Source of the DNA: Cladosporium halotolerans
Taxonomy: Eukaryota
NCBI RefSeq assembly: GCF_011745625.1
Contig: NW_027191486.1
Coordinates: 124,001 to 188,000 of the forward strand
Direction of reading: 5' to 3'
Length of the DNA stretch: 64,000 nt
In this document: in pieces, positions 20,360-33,061 of the stretch
Numbering within the stretch: the stretch's first letter is position 1
How the letters are laid out: the number at the start of each line of letters is the position of its first letter
Program-made: the position numbers and the translations under genes
The notes under the pieces: model-generated
Told to the model about the DNA's origin: nothing
The model's database searches: none
What the model saw: the letters and a program-made list of their open reading frames with translations, nothing else

Positions 20360-21271
20360 ATGCCCGCATCTTCGCTCCCCGGCGTCTTCAGCGATGAGCG
20401 CAGAAACACCTCCAACTCGACACACCTCAACTCGCCTTCGCTACCCCTCATATGCACCAAAGTAAATGAGCGCCTTGAGGCCTTCCTCGCATCCGAGCCC
20501 AAGACCGAGAGACTGCGTGGAGTACAAGAGCAGAGTCGCCTCAGTCTGAGGATCATTGAAGAGGCCCTGGAAAAATACAGGTTAGCCGTCGGCCAGCATA
20601 CATGACACGAAAGCGAGAAGGCGCTGACAACTAGATGCTTCAGTCTAGATGAGCTCTCGTTTTCCTACAATGGCGGCAAGGACTGTCTCGTCCTGCTCAT
20701 TCTCTACCTCGCCGCACTCCACAAGCATGCGAGCAAAGGCACATCGTCCGACCAACCAATAGGAACCGACAGCCCTCCGGCGCAACGCAAGCTTCCACAA
20801 ACCCTTCCCTCTGTATACATCGTCTCGCCGCACCCATTCCCCGAGGTAGACAGCTTTGTCGACGAATCAGCAGAGTCCTACCACCTATCTCTCGCTCGAT
20901 ACTCGAAACCCATGCGCGACGCTTTCAGCGACTACCTATCCGACCACCCCAACATCCGCGCCATTTTCGTCGGTACACGGCGGACAGATCCCCACGGCGC
21001 AAACCTGAAATACTTCGACCCCACTGACCGAGGATGGCCGTCCTTCATGCGCATACATCCTGTCATTGATTGGCATTACGCCGAGGTGTGGGCGTTTATT
21101 AAAGAGCTAGACATTCCGTATTGCGGGCTGTACGATCTGGGATACACCAGCTTAGGCGGGACGACGGACACACATCCCAATCCTGCACTGAAGACAGGCA
21201 TTGATGGAAAGTTCAGACCGGCTTATGAGTTGGTGCAAGATGAGGAAGAGCGATTGGGAAGAGATAGGTGA
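20360..21271 (+). CDS. FAD1: FAD synthetase (PAPS reductase family); intron 20581-20643
   Basis: Spliced SLDELSFSYNGGKDCLVLL, AIFVGTRRTDPHG, DPTD.GWP.FMRIHPVIDW, LYDLGYTSLGG, ERLGR. Start approximate. Confidence 0.92.
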
Positions 21272-22417
21272 TAAGTGAAGCTCAAGATAAATAAAGCTCA
21301 GGGAGTCAATAGATTACACACACAATCGTCCTCTGACCCGCCAAAAATTGAAGAGTTACATCTAGATCAGACCTGGCCTTGCAGCTTGTCATATGGCAAT
21401 TATTCGAAGTAGTATTAACGCTGCATCCACGGCCCTGAAAGACATGTTGACGGTCGTATGTATTCCCTCCGCTCGCTGGCGAGATCGGGCATTGACGGCC
21501 AATGAGGATGGTGATTCGCGTTTCACAGCAGCTGGTAGATATTATGCGGTATGCCTTTGCTGCAGCGGATACCTGTCGGACTTTTAGCCTGCATCAGGGA
21601 ATCGGGCTCTCGGAGAGTTGAAGATAAAGCGGCGGTCCGCGGACACCGAATGCAGGGCCTCGTGCACTGGTGTGTTCAAAAGTCTGTGACCTGAGAGCTT
21701 CCCTTGCGCAACAGTCGACAAGACTACTCCACGAGATATGGTAACAAGTCGACTCATGTGCATGTCTCGAGAAAGCTCTTTGTGTGCTTGTGTCAGCATC
21801 TCAAAGCTCATTGTGCCCTACACGGTACTACTATCACCTTCGAAACATCGAACGACGCGTTTTGGTCGAAGGGCGTGGGTACTGCATGCCGCGCCACAAA
21901 CTTCCACATAATTGATGGGTGGACCCTTCTTACGCCTCTCACTTGGGCCGCTTGCCTGCACTAGCGACCGTTGATGATGGGCCCCAGTGGGTGGCTATTG
22001 ACTTGCCTTTTGATTCCATCGGCAATGCGAGTCGGACAGAGTCTGTCACGAGGAAGTCAGAATTGCCTTCGATGAGCCAAAGTCACATTGACTTCACGTG
22101 GCGTGTCACACCTCAGCTGCCACGTTGGCAGCATGTCATTGGCAACATTCCAGGTGTCTTCGGTGTGGCGGGCAGCACCCACGGCGCCCTCGCTTCAGCC
22201 CACACAGACGAACTTTATCCCCACTTAGCAGTTACTGCCGGAAACTAGCTTCCAGATAGCCTAGGCCCACCGCTGCATGCCCATGGGTGGTGGTGCATAA
22301 GCATCTTGTACCCTGTGATATTCCCATGTAGGTCTGAACATTTCTTTTCGCTCTTCACTTTCTCTCACACAAGGGCTATCCTTCCGATTTCAGCAGTTCG
22401 TGGGGACGTGAGGCAGA

Positions 22418-24473
22418 ATGAGCAGGCCTATCAAGAGACAGCAGAGCAGACAATCGGTCGAGCAGGTCGCTAGGAGCTTGGGAACGTCATACAGGTCTGG
22501 ACAACATGCTATGGACATTGCAGAGCAGTCCATAGCGAGGGACTGCGAGGGCGAAGACGGGGTTGGTGAGGGCGAGGACCTCGAGGGTGGACTCAGCCGG
22601 ACTACTTCTCACGACCGGGCTGGTCTGTCGCAACACTCGATGGCTGGCAGTTACAGGCGTCCTAGCTACGTGGCAGGCGCACCGAGACCGTTCCTCGGTG
22701 CTCAGCAGCCTGAAAGGATGGCATCTTCGGAGCAAGAGCGTGAGGCTGCTATCAAAGAGGAGCGTAGCCTCTTGCGCGACAACAATCTCATCCCGCCGAA
22801 GCATTCACGCAGGACGAGCGCATCTTCCAATACCGCGTCTGGCAAAGCTCTCAAGCGATATGCTTCCACATCGGCCTTCTCCAACTCCCGCCGAAAGAGC
22901 ATTCGCTTGGACGAGGAAGCAGCTGCCGGCGGTGGAGACGACGTCGAACCAACGGAAGCGACCTCTCTTCTTCCAAACGGTGACGGCGAGTCAGAAGAGC
23001 CCGAGGATTCTGCTGAAGGCATCGACCGCAAGTGGGAAGAGGCTATCCTCAATGGAAGCATCAAGACGACCTGGCGTCGTGAGGCCAAAGTCTTGATTCA
23101 ATACTCTGCACCGCTGATGCTCACCTTCATCCTGCAAAATTCTTTGACTCTTACCAGTGTTTTCACAGTTGGACATATTGGCAAGATCGAACTGGGTGCT
23201 GTTTCTCTCGGAAGTATGACGGCGAACATCACAGGATACGCAGTGTATCACGGTCTGGCAACGAGTCTGGACACGCTTTGCGCTCAAGCCTATGGCAGCG
23301 GGAGGAAAAAGCTGGTTGGCCTTCAACTTCAGCGCATGGTGTTCTTCCTGTGGACCATCACAATTCCAATCGCTATCGTCTGGCTAGCTGGAAGTCGCAT
23401 TCTCGCAGCGATTGTGCCGGAGAAAGAGACGGCGGCATTGGCAGGATTATATCTCAAGGTACTGATTCTAGGCGCTCCTGGCTACGCCCTATTCGAAAGC
23501 GCGAAGCGTTATGTTCAAGCACAAGGCCGCTTCGCTGCCACCATGTACGTGCTACTGATTTGCGCACCGATCAACGTCTTCCTGCACTGGCTACTCGTAT
23601 GGCGACTGAACATGGGCTTCATTGGATGCCCAATCGCGGTCGTCATCACTGAGACGCTAATGCCCTTCCTTCTCTTCCTCTACGTGCGCTTCTTCGGCGG
23701 AATGGAGTGCTGGGATGGTTTCTCGCGTAAGGCCTTCAAGAACTGGGGTCCTATGATCCGTCTCGCACTACCCGGGCTCGTCATGGTGCTAGCCGAGTTT
23801 CTCGCCTTCGAAATCCTCACCCTCAGTTCCAGCTGGATCAGCGCCGAGCATCTGGCCGCAAACACCATCCTCCAGAGCCTAAGCGTCCTCACCTACCAAC
23901 TGCCGTTCCCACTCAGCATCGCCGCAAGCACACGCGTGGCCAACCTCATCGGCGCGACCCTGCCAGAGGCCGCCAAAGTGACGGCACGCGTGACGTTCAT
24001 CGTCGGTACCGTGCTTGGCGTCTTCAACATGCTCATGCTCAGCATCTTCAGGAACTACATTCCGCGCCTGTACTCCAACGACCCAGACGTTATCAGTCTC
24101 GCGGCGGGCGTTCTGCCTCTTTGCGCTGCTTTCCAGCTGTTCGATGCGCTGGCAGCTGTGTCGAACGGTCTTCTTCGCGGTCTAGGAAAGCAGGAAATTG
24201 GTGGGTATATCAATCTGTTCGCGTACTATGCGGTAAGTCTATCTTTCCATTGCAAATCTTTGAGGTTCGGTCATGCTAATCCGGTTAACTTCCTAGATCG
24301 CTATGCCCATATCTTTTGGTACCGGGTTCGGACTACACTGGGATCTATATGGCCTGTGGGCTGGTCCTGCTTTAGCGCTGGGTCTGGTGGCAGGTATTAC
24401 AGGGATTTACATTTGGCGGACTTCATGGCAAAAGGCGAGCGAGGAGGCGGTCAAGAGGAACGAGGCGGGTTAA
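22418..24473 (+). CDS. MATE family multidrug efflux transporter (ERC1-like); intron 24233-24296
   Basis: Long hydrophilic N-terminus, ELGAVSLGSMTANITG, LDTLCAQAYG, LAEFLAFEILT, STRVANLIGA, G.LRGLGKQ.IG. Splicing gives a C-terminal GL.GLW.G helix and TAA at 24471-24473. Confidence 0.93.
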
Positions 24474-24859
24474 GATTGTGTGACTGTGGCCAGGGGTTAT
24501 ATCACGCTTAGACATCTCGACTTCTTGATACCATTTGTATGCATTTTTGCCTATGTCGTTGGAGAGCGATCTCAATCCTGTGCTTGATGTCTTCGAGCTC
24601 ATGCTGCCATGATATGATTTGCATACATCTACCGAGCATCATACCATCAAAAGTCTGGTATTGCAGCTGAAATTCAGGAGAGAAGCGATTCTAAGCGTCC
24701 GAATGCGATGCTCAGCATCAGTTGTTGACGAGTAAAACGATGGACTGTAGCTAGTATAGGAACGCCGAAAGCACGCCATTGCATCAAACCACGAAAGATT
24801 GCTCTCACCACACTCGCTTAACCATGACCGCGTCCCAAATAGCACGCTCGCAAGCGGCC

Positions 24860-27540
24860 TCACGCAGCAGTCGGAACAGCAGTAATGAACGAATTGGACG
24901 GGAAAAAAGTCGTCGCCGTCGCAGCGTGAAACCCGCGCTTAGCCAGAGGACACACGATTGAGTTGCCGAATGGGCAGGCCGCGTCGGCACTCTGGATACA
25001 AGACGACGTCGTTCCGTAAAAGATCGTACAGGGCTTCTCAGTGGTTGTCGCGGGCGCCTCGGTAGTCTCTGGCGGCTGGGATGTCGGCGTGGGCTCCTCC
25101 GCTGGTGTGGTCTCTGGCGGACTTGCCGGCTCGGTGGCAGAGGGAGGATCTTCACAGGTCAGGTCGGGCAAGTCGCCGTCTTGACGTTTGGCCTTCGCGT
25201 TGGGGTTGGCGCAGCCGTCGAAACCGACTGGTTGTCTATTCCCTAGATGAATGTCAGCGCTTGACTTACGACATTTGGGTCCGATTCTTGTGGAGGCAGG
25301 ATGTACTTACATGCGCACACAACAGATCCTGGGTCCGGTTTTTGGTACTCGACATTATCGGGCACTGGGTTGCTGTTGCGCTGAATCCTCGCACTGAGCA
25401 CGAAGAACTGCTCCATAGCTTTTGCAACCCGTCCTGCCGGCCAGTTGGCACTCAGCTGATCAACTGAGAAAAAGTATGCGGCCATTCCAGCGACAGCAGG
25501 CGCCGCGAGAGATGTTCCTGTCCTGAGTTCGAATTGTGTATCAAAATCTTTGTCGGCAACCTTGACATCCCTGGCGGCCGCGTAGATTGTCATGGAGCCC
25601 CCGTTACCCACATCAGGGCAGCTCGGGACGTACAGCGATCCGTCTTTCTCCAGGCCACCGACTGTGATGAGTGCGTTATCGGTTGTGCCGAGATCCTGAG
25701 GCGTCAGCTGGTCCAACGAGATCGGAGCGTCGTTACCGGCTGGGATGGTAACGACAATATCGTTTTCGAGTGCGAAAGGAATGTTTCTGTTCATGATGAA
25801 CTCCTTGTAAATAGGCAACTCCCCTGCTCCAGCTCTTCTGAAACCTAGAGCACTCGTCAGTATCTCCCGAACCCGACAGAAGGGGGTGTCTGAATGGATG
25901 CCTACCGTACGACATGTTGATGATGAACTTCCCGGTGTCTCCAGCCGCCTTCCGAGCCAATGCATCATTGATCGCATAGCTCCACGCATCTTCGAGTGCA
26001 CTGTCGGTCACACCGCGAATTTGAAACCTGCCTGTGATAGAGCTTGTGAAAGCATTCCTGAATTTGATGATGACAAGATTCGCTTGAGATGCAACGCCTT
26101 GGGAGACACCGGCGGCAACGCTTGCAACTTGCGTGCCGTGTCCATGATAGTCAGTCAAATCTTCTGGCGCAGGTATGTCTCCACGGACAAAGAAAGGTGA
26201 GTCATCTTGAGTTCGGGCATTCGGAACGACATATTCGTCGACAGTACGACCATTCAAGGCGAATTCCTGTGAGAAGGTTTGTCAGCGAGCGGTAAAGCTA
26301 TCACTTATTCTGCAATGTATACCTGGTGTGTTTTGCGATAGCCCGTATCGATGATGTAGATTGTTTGTCCTTTGCCGAGGACTTCATCGAACTCGTAGTC
26401 CGGCCATGTCTGTGTGTCTCTCAGGTCTCTCGGTGCAGATAACATCCCCAAGTGATAGTCGCTGCCAGCCCTCGGCGAAGTATCGCGCTTTGACACGGCC
26501 AGATGTCTTCTCGGGGCGGAAATGACGCCTGCCTCGCCATCCTCCTCGATCACTAGACCAATTCTGTCGACAATAGGATTGTTCTTGATTGCATCAGCTT
26601 GCTCGGAAGTGAGGTTCTGGGTGACATATGACTGCCAGGGAATGTTCTCGTAGGCGATGACACCTCCTTCTCCCTGATCTGGAAGAGTCTTGATGAAGGA
26701 ATCAAAATCGCTTCGAGCAGTGTCCCGCTTTGTAGTGATCATAAACACCGTCGGCTGAGGTGTCCCGCTAGAAGTAGAGGAAGATGTCGTTGTAGATTCG
26801 ACACTAGTAGCTTGAGTCCCATCAGGAGGAGGGGCGGTTGTCGCCGGGTCCGGCGTCGTTGCAGGATCAGGAGTCGGGCTCGGTTCAGGCGTTGGATCCG
26901 CGTCCGGTGACCCCGGGGCTGGAGCAGGCACAGTAGGAACAGGTACTGGTATCACGATAATACCGCCTGTCGAATCAGTTGTTGTCGTAGAAGACGTCGC
27001 GTCTTGAGATGATCCAGGGTCTGTACCGGTAGCATTGGGTGCCGGAGTAGTTGTCGCTGGAGGAGCAGGAACTACTACCAGGCCTCCGGTAGAATCTGTC
27101 GAAGTCGTTGAAGATGTTGCTGTCTGAGAAGAGTCGGGATCGACACTTGTGCCATCGGATGCCGCCGTAGTCGTAGAGCCAGCGCCAGAGCCGGCTGCCA
27201 TGGTGCCGGTAACAGACGCTGTCAAAGTCTGGATCGCAGTCGTTTGTGAAATGACCCCAGTGCCAATTGCTGTAGCTGCGCAGGCAGGTATCTCCGTGCA
27301 AAACGGCCCACCACAGACGAAGGATTCAATACCACAGCAATCCAGAGGTACTACAAATGTATCGCCCGCTACAAGAGCGCTGAGATCAGGGTTGGCACTC
27401 GCCAGACAATTAGCATTGAGAAAAGTGTCTGTGGCAACCTGATCCAAAGAGTTTGCTGCGATAGGGATGTCCTGGCAATGTACCAAGCTGAACAGCAACA
27501 CAGCCGCCGCTGACAGGACGTGGGGAAGCTTGCGTGACAT
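24860..27540 (-). CDS. Secreted subtilisin-like (S8) serine protease with long N- and C-terminal extensions; introns 26267-26322, 25845-25905, 25243-25310
   Basis: Signal peptide. Catalytic motifs IYIIDTG (Asp), GHGTQVASVAAG (His), IINMSYG, PAGND (oxyanion Asn) and GTSLAAPAVAG (Ser). Ser/Thr/Pro linkers and Cys clusters. Confidence 0.9.
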
Positions 27541-28665
27541 CGATGCGAAGAAGGCGAAGAGTCAAGGGAAAGGACTCGAGGAAAAACAAAGGAAACAAGG
27601 AAAACAGAAAGAAAAGTGAAGAGGAAATGGTAATGTCGGTTGATGTGCTGTTGTTCAGAGCGCTGTCGTGAGTATGGTTCTGATTCTACGGTCGATGAAA
27701 AGGGCGAACTTGTACTTATACACTCTGTGGGTAATCATTACATGTCGCTTCATAGTGTGCATGCTAATTCAGTCATCTTGATTCAAATGATCAGACGTGT
27801 TGGCGGAGCGAACTTGAAACTCCAACGCAATCCTGTCTTCGACTTCTGCCTTGGACATTGCGTGTCCGATGTAGCATGAGTTGGAGTTCCACGGATTGCG
27901 ATCCTGGCCAGATGTAAGCACTACAGTCTGCGATGCCGAACGGAGAGCTGGCCGAATAGGCTGTGCTTCCCTGGCGAAGCGTCGGTTGGTCTCGTGTTGT
28001 CGTTGGCATGTTCTTCGACGCTTCAACCTTGCAAGTGTGTGTCTTCGCGAGGTCTCCATGATTGCGTCTGGCTGTGGACGCCGCGCTTGTCAGCTGCGTG
28101 ATGCTGCTTGGGTGCTCAAGGCGGTTTTATTCCAAAAGGTCGATCCAAAAACGTCAACCTCGTGGCACGATATACCGCAACCTTACAAGACGTGCTGGTC
28201 TCGAATGGCTGCGACCCTCCATCTGAACGCGTGGTCCTTTCCACACGATGTGTCTGATTTAATGAGGAATCCTTCCTCGCAAGCCTAGGTTGAGATTCCT
28301 GTGAGCAACCGCAAGGGGACCATTTGTAAGCCAGAGAAGCCCCTGTAGTGTTGGCCTCGACGATGTCAGCTCGTGCGGAACAAAGAGAATCGCAAATAGT
28401 CGAAACAGCTTGTTACAGTACGCAATGCACAGCTGGGGTCATCCGCTCCAGGAATAGAGCCCTTCGATTAAATTCGCTTGGCGTGAACGCGACACGATTG
28501 CCAGGGTGGTGATCCAGGAACGGCAAGGCTATGTCCACTTGAGGCACCGCAACACAAGGTCATGTCCAATCGCTGGTGCTAGCCGGATCTAGTTAGCTCT
28601 CAGTGGCCTGGAGATGTAGGTGGTCTACCTGCAGCAGCTGACGAGTGCACAGCCCCCGGCTGTAT

Positions 28666-28685
28666 TAACCCCAACCCTAACCCTA
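28666..28685 (+). repeat. Short telomere-like tract TAACCC-CAACCC-TAACCC-TA
   Basis: About 3.3 units of CCCTAA with one mismatch, in an intergenic region. Confidence 0.5.
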
Positions 28686-29244
28686 CTTACCCGACATGTG
28701 TAGCTCAGTACCAGCCTGTTTCTCTACCTACGTGAAAAACATGACTGCAAATGTTCACCCGACATACCTGGATCGGTGCTCAATATACTAGGCATGGTGA
28801 CACTATGAATGGCCAGCAGAAGCATCTCCGTGGCTAAGCCTGCGGCCATGCACGTTGACCGCGGTCAAGCTTTGGTTCACTCAGCTTGCCCGTGACAAGA
28901 ACCCACCTTGAATGATGCATCGCGTTCTCTAATCCGAAACTCTAGAATGAGCACCGCCTCCACGCCAGAAAACATCACCTGACCCTGGTGGGAGATAGTC
29001 ATATATATCACCGTCTAACCCTCACTATGCATTCCAGCCATTTCCAAGTCCCTTGATAACCGCAGCGTCGTCACACACTCACAAGGCCTCTCGAGCTACC
29101 ACCAAAAGAAATGCCCACCAAACGTGACTCGAGCGATGCGATGTCAACAGCACCTACACTTGTGCCAGATGGCTCGCCTGGGCCACAGGTTCGCACAACG
29201 CTCACCGGTAGACCACTCAAATCGAGCATGACAACTTCTCCAAC

Positions 29245-29628
29245 ATGATGACCGACGGCAGCTTCGGTGACGGCATGAGCGGAGCGAACCTGCTTCCGCC
29301 AGGCTACACAGATGGCTCTCTTGTGCACATCCCGATCAAAGTCAGGCAGTACCTCGATCCCATTGATTCGCCCAGCGTGGGAAACGATGTCAAGCGCGAG
29401 CAGCCGCGGAAGGGAAGCGTATGGTCTCACGTTTCCCGTACAGTGTCTGGGGGCTCGGGTCGCAAGGCTGACGACGAAATGAGGGTTATTCAGATGAGTC
29501 GTGGAGATTATCTGAAGTATTGGGCGAAGGGAGAGGATGGAGAGTTCAGGGAAGGGGTGGTGGAGCCGCCGGAGGGGAGGGCAGAATGGTTGTCTCGTGC
29601 GCTGGAGAAGCAGGATGCCGCGAAATAG
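29245..29628 (+). CDS. Hypothetical protein; true start may be upstream (ATG 29111)
   Basis: 127-aa ORF with a protein-like C-terminus (MRVIQMSRGDYLKYWAKGEDGEF..VVEPPEGRAEWL). A TATA-like ATATATA lies at about 29001. Confidence 0.6.
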   Translation: MMTDGSFGDGMSGANLLPPGYTDGSLVHIPIKVRQYLDPIDSPSVGNDVKREQPRKGSVWSHVSRTVSGGSGRKADDEMRVIQMSRGDYLKYWAKGEDGEFREGVVEPPEGRAEWLSRALEKQDAAK

Positions 29629-29816
29629 AGGATGCATTCTGTCTTATCATACGGCCGAGAGGACTGTTGATCGATTGACCTGAGAGAGATTGTTACATTG
29701 CATGTCAAATTGCATTTCCCGTCCTATCTTATAAACATTAATGAGATGAACAAATTAAGATATATATTTACATAGCCGGTCACTCCGTCATCCATTGGTG
29801 TGTACAACACACCAAA

Positions 29817-29908
29817 TCCTCAATGGTCTAGTGGCTATGATTTCCGCTTGTCATTAATTACCCGATGATAAGCCGCGGGAGACCAGGGTTCGATTCCCTG
29901 TTGGGGAG
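29817..29908 (+). tRNA. tRNA-Asp(GTC) with 20-nt intron (about 29854-29873)
   Basis: Acceptor stem TCCTCAA/TTGGGGA plus discriminator G, A-box TGGTCTAGTGG, anticodon arm TCCGC-TT-GTC-A[intron]C-GCGGG, T-arm with GGTTCGATTCC. Confidence 0.95.
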
Positions 29909-30223
29909 ATTTCAGAAATGAATATCTCTTACAGATTTCAAGTCTTCCGGTGCTGGCTCACCAGCATCGTCCATGATTCTTTTGTAATTTTCTTTTCCCT
30001 GATAGTCGTTCAGCAGAAGACGATGGGCGGCGATGTAAACGAGCACTCTTTTGTTTGACTGTGGCCAATTGGAGGTGGTCAAGCATATGCTTGTCGAAGG
30101 GAACAAGGCACTGGCTGGAACAGTAATGATGATACATTCAAAATAGACTCGTTACTGCATATAGACATGAAATCTCTACCCCCCTTCTCTATCCCCACGC
30201 AACTCCAACCCCGACGCGATACC

Positions 30224-33061
30224 TTACAGACGGCTCTCAACACCGCTCCAGCCCCTCTGGCCAGGCCACCTCGCATCCGGCCATACCTGTGCCAGCGCAT
30301 CCCAGATGTGTCCGACATGCACGATCTCCAAACCCTCCTTGACCTCGTCAGGAAGATCCTTCGCATCCTTGCGGTTCGCGACCGGCAGCAGCACCTTCTT
30401 GCACCCCGCCCTCAGCGCGCCGATCAATTTCTCCTTGATGCCGCCAACAGGCATGACCTTTCCGCGCAGTGAAACCTCGCCCGTCATAGCAAGAGTTGGC
30501 GGGACAGGCTTGGAGCTAAAGAGCGAAATGAGCGCGATCGTGTGCGCGAGACCAGCACTCGGACCGTCTTTGGGAATTGCGCCAGACGGGCAGTGGACGT
30601 GGACGGAGCGAGACTTCATGATGTCCTCGTTGGGGTCGTGGGTGAGCGCCAGCTCGTACGCGTGCGACTTGACCCACGTGAGGGCGACTTCGACGCTCTC
30701 CTTCAGCACGTCGCCCAGTTTGCCCGTCAGCTGCACGCGGCCGGCGCCCGGCATGTCGGCGATCTCGATGAAGAGGATGCTGCCCTGCGCGCCGCTGCTG
30801 TAGGCCACGAGGCCGGTGACGACGCCGGGGGCGAGGGAGTGCGCGGCGAGTTCTTCTTCGAAACGCTCGATGCCGAGGATGTCTTCGAGGTCTTCAAGCG
30901 TGACGACGGGGGAGTAGGCGGGGAGGGTGTTGGTGTCGCGGGCTTCGGCGAATTGGACTGCTTTCGCACGGCAGACGCTGCCGAGCTCCCGCTCGAGGTT
31001 GCGTACGCCGGATTCTCTGGTGTAGGATGCGATGACCTTGTCGACGACTGGGTCGCTGAACTCCACGTTCTCTGGCTTGAGGCCATTGGTGGTGATTTGC
31101 TTGGGAATGAGGTGGCGGTTAGCGATGTGGCGTTTCTCGAGCGTGGTGTATCCGGATAATTGAATGGTCTCCATGCGGTCAAGAAGGGGTGGTGGGATGG
31201 TGTCAAGTGAGTTCGCAGTAGCAATGAAGAGCACCTTGCTCAAATCGATAGGTATGTTGACGTAGTGGTCGACAAAGGAGTGGTTCTGTTCTGGGTCCAG
31301 GACCTCAAGCATCGCTGCCGATGGGTCTCCATGATTGGAGGAAGCGCCGACCTTGTCGATCTCATCGAGTAGGAACACTGGGTTGGCAACACCAACCTTC
31401 TTGAGACCATTGACGATCAAGCCTGGCATAGCGGCGACGTATGTACGTCTGTGACCTCTGATCTCGGCTTCGTCACGGACGCCGCCCAGCGATAAACGGT
31501 GGAACTGCCTACCAAGTGCAGTCGCAACAGATTTGGCCAAAGACGTCTTACCTGTGCCAGGGGGCCCAACAAGAAGCAGGATAGGTGACTTGTCTACTAG
31601 CTTCTTGTGCTTGAGCAGTTTTATCTCCTGGGGAGTCTGCTCCCTAGGCCTTTCAATCCTCTCGACTGCCTTACTAGGGGCAGCATCTTCGCCCTCGCTG
31701 GCCTCGGCTGACTCTGGCTGTTGCTCCTTCTTGGGCTGCGATGCCTCAGCGATGGCTTTGATTTGATTCTCCAGATCCATGTTCACGGCTTGCTTCAATT
31801 TCAGGACGGCAAGGTACTCGATCAGCCTCTTCTTGATCTTCTCCAAGCCGTAGTGGTCGTCGTCGAGTTGGCTCTTGGCCCGCGTGAGCGTCGCCGCGTC
31901 CAAGTTGTCCTCGGTCACCTTACTCCAGGGAATTTCAGCCAAATTTTCCAAGTAATTCCGGATGACCTGGTGCTCTGCTTGCTGAGGGTTCATCTTAGCG
32001 AAACGCTTCAGCTCGCGATCGGCAACCTTTTGCGCCTCGGGCGTAAGCTTAGCCTCATCCAACCTCTTCTTGAGCTCTTCCGCCTCATTTGCTTCCTCCT
32101 CTTGCCCTCCGTTGCCACCAAAACCCCCAGGGAGACCATTGCGATTGCCAGGGCTCTGTCCTGCACCAAGAGCGCGGAATCTGGGATCCCGCCGCAGCTT
32201 GTTCAGCGTCTCAGGATCAACGCCTCCGTTCTGCGGCACGTTGTTCGTGGAGATCGCCATGATGCGACTGTTGCCCTGTATGCTACCGATCTGCCGCTGC
32301 AGGATCTCGATTGCTTTCTCCAACCGCTCTTGCACCGGCAGAGCGGCCAGTATCCGCAGCTTGTCCTCGTGCGTGCACTCGATGATGTTCGTCATGAAGT
32401 CCGCGAGCACGCCGGCGTCCTGCAAGTCTTTCCGCACAATATAAAGCTCCAGGCGTCTAGCCAGGATAGGTGACAGCGACATGCTTGGCCCTCGTGGCAG
32501 CAACGCCGACAGTCTGACGAGCGCGATCAGTTCGCGCGACAGCTGCTTAAGCTGCGCGAACATCTCCACCGCATCCGCGTTGGTGTCTGATATCGCCTCA
32601 TCCTCATGCAGTGCGACCTTCGCCTCGAAGTATGGACGTTCCCTCGTCATCTTCTCGACCTTGAAACGACTGACACCTTCCACCATCAGGTTCAGCTCGC
32701 CGGGCCGCTTGCCCTGTACCCCAGTGACCCTGGCCATTGTTCCGTACATGAAGAGGTCGGTCTTTCGCGCAAGGGCGGGGTCCTTTTGGCCGGCCGCATC
32801 GTTCTTGTCCTTCGCCTCGCCACTTTCGATGAGTTGTTTGCCATCGGGGCTAAGATATGGGCTGTTGAGAGGCACGCAGCCGACGGTGACGCTGGAGGCT
32901 TCTGGTCGCGGCGTGGAAGCTTTGCTGTAGATGTTGGCGAGGATGGCGGCGATGTCGGCTCTGTTCTGGAGAGGGATGCGGGTGACGACGCCGGGTAGCA
33001 GGACGATGGAGTGTGGGAGGGGAACGAGAGGGAGAGTGCGGGTATTGATTGATTTGGCCAT
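30224..33061 (-). CDS. Peroxisomal Lon protease (LONP2/Pln)
   Basis: LON N-domain (VLLPGV), [11 protein letters not shown], Walker [30 protein letters not shown] (catalytic Ser), VGGIKEK, and C-terminal PTS1 -SRL. Confidence 0.96.
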   Translation of the reverse strand: MAKSINTRTLPLVPLPHSIVLLPGVVTRIPLQNRADIAAILANIYSKASTPRPEASSVTVGCVPLNSPYLSPDGKQLIESGEAKDKNDAAGQKDPALARKTDLFMYGTMARVTGVQGKRPGELNLMVEGVSRFKVEKMTRERPYFEAKVALHEDEAISDTNADAVEMFAQLKQLSRELIALVRLSALLPRGPSMSLSPILARRLELYIVRKDLQDAGVLADFMTNIIECTHEDKLRILAALPVQERLEKAIEILQRQIGSIQGNSRIMAISTNNVPQNGGVDPETLNKLRRDPRFRALGAGQSPGNRNGLPGGFGGNGGQEEEANEAEELKKRLDEAKLTPEAQKVADRELKRFAKMNPQQAEHQVIRNYLENLAEIPWSKVTEDNLDAATLTRAKSQLDDDHYGLEKIKKRLIEYLAVLKLKQAVNMDLENQIKAIAEASQPKKEQQPESAEASEGEDAAPSKAVERIERPREQTPQEIKLLKHKKLVDKSPILLLVGPPGTGKTSLAKSVATALGRQFHRLSLGGVRDEAEIRGHRRTYVAAMPGLIVNGLKKVGVANPVFLLDEIDKVGASSNHGDPSAAMLEVLDPEQNHSFVDHYVNIPIDLSKVLFIATANSLDTIPPPLLDRMETIQLSGYTTLEKRHIANRHLIPKQITTNGLKPENVEFSDPVVDKVIASYTRESGVRNLERELGSVCRAKAVQFAEARDTNTLPAYSPVVTLEDLEDILGIERFEEELAAHSLAPGVVTGLVAYSSGAQGSILFIEIADMPGAGRVQLTGKLGDVLKESVEVALTWVKSHAYELALTHDPNEDIMKSRSVHVHCPSGAIPKDGPSAGLAHTIALISLFSSKPVPPTLAMTGEVSLRGKVMPVGGIKEKLIGALRAGCKKVLLPVANRKDAKDLPDEVKEGLEIVHVGHIWDALAQVWPDARWPGQRGWSGVESRL

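Noticed and set aside
21393..22248. Short ORFs between FAD1 and the MATE transporter
   Set aside because: No protein-like features; consistent with intergenic or promoter DNA.
25243..25269. Second GTAAGT donor inside the last subtilase intron
   Set aside because: It would leave only a 27-nt intron; the upstream donor at 25310 gives a normal intron and a coherent frame.
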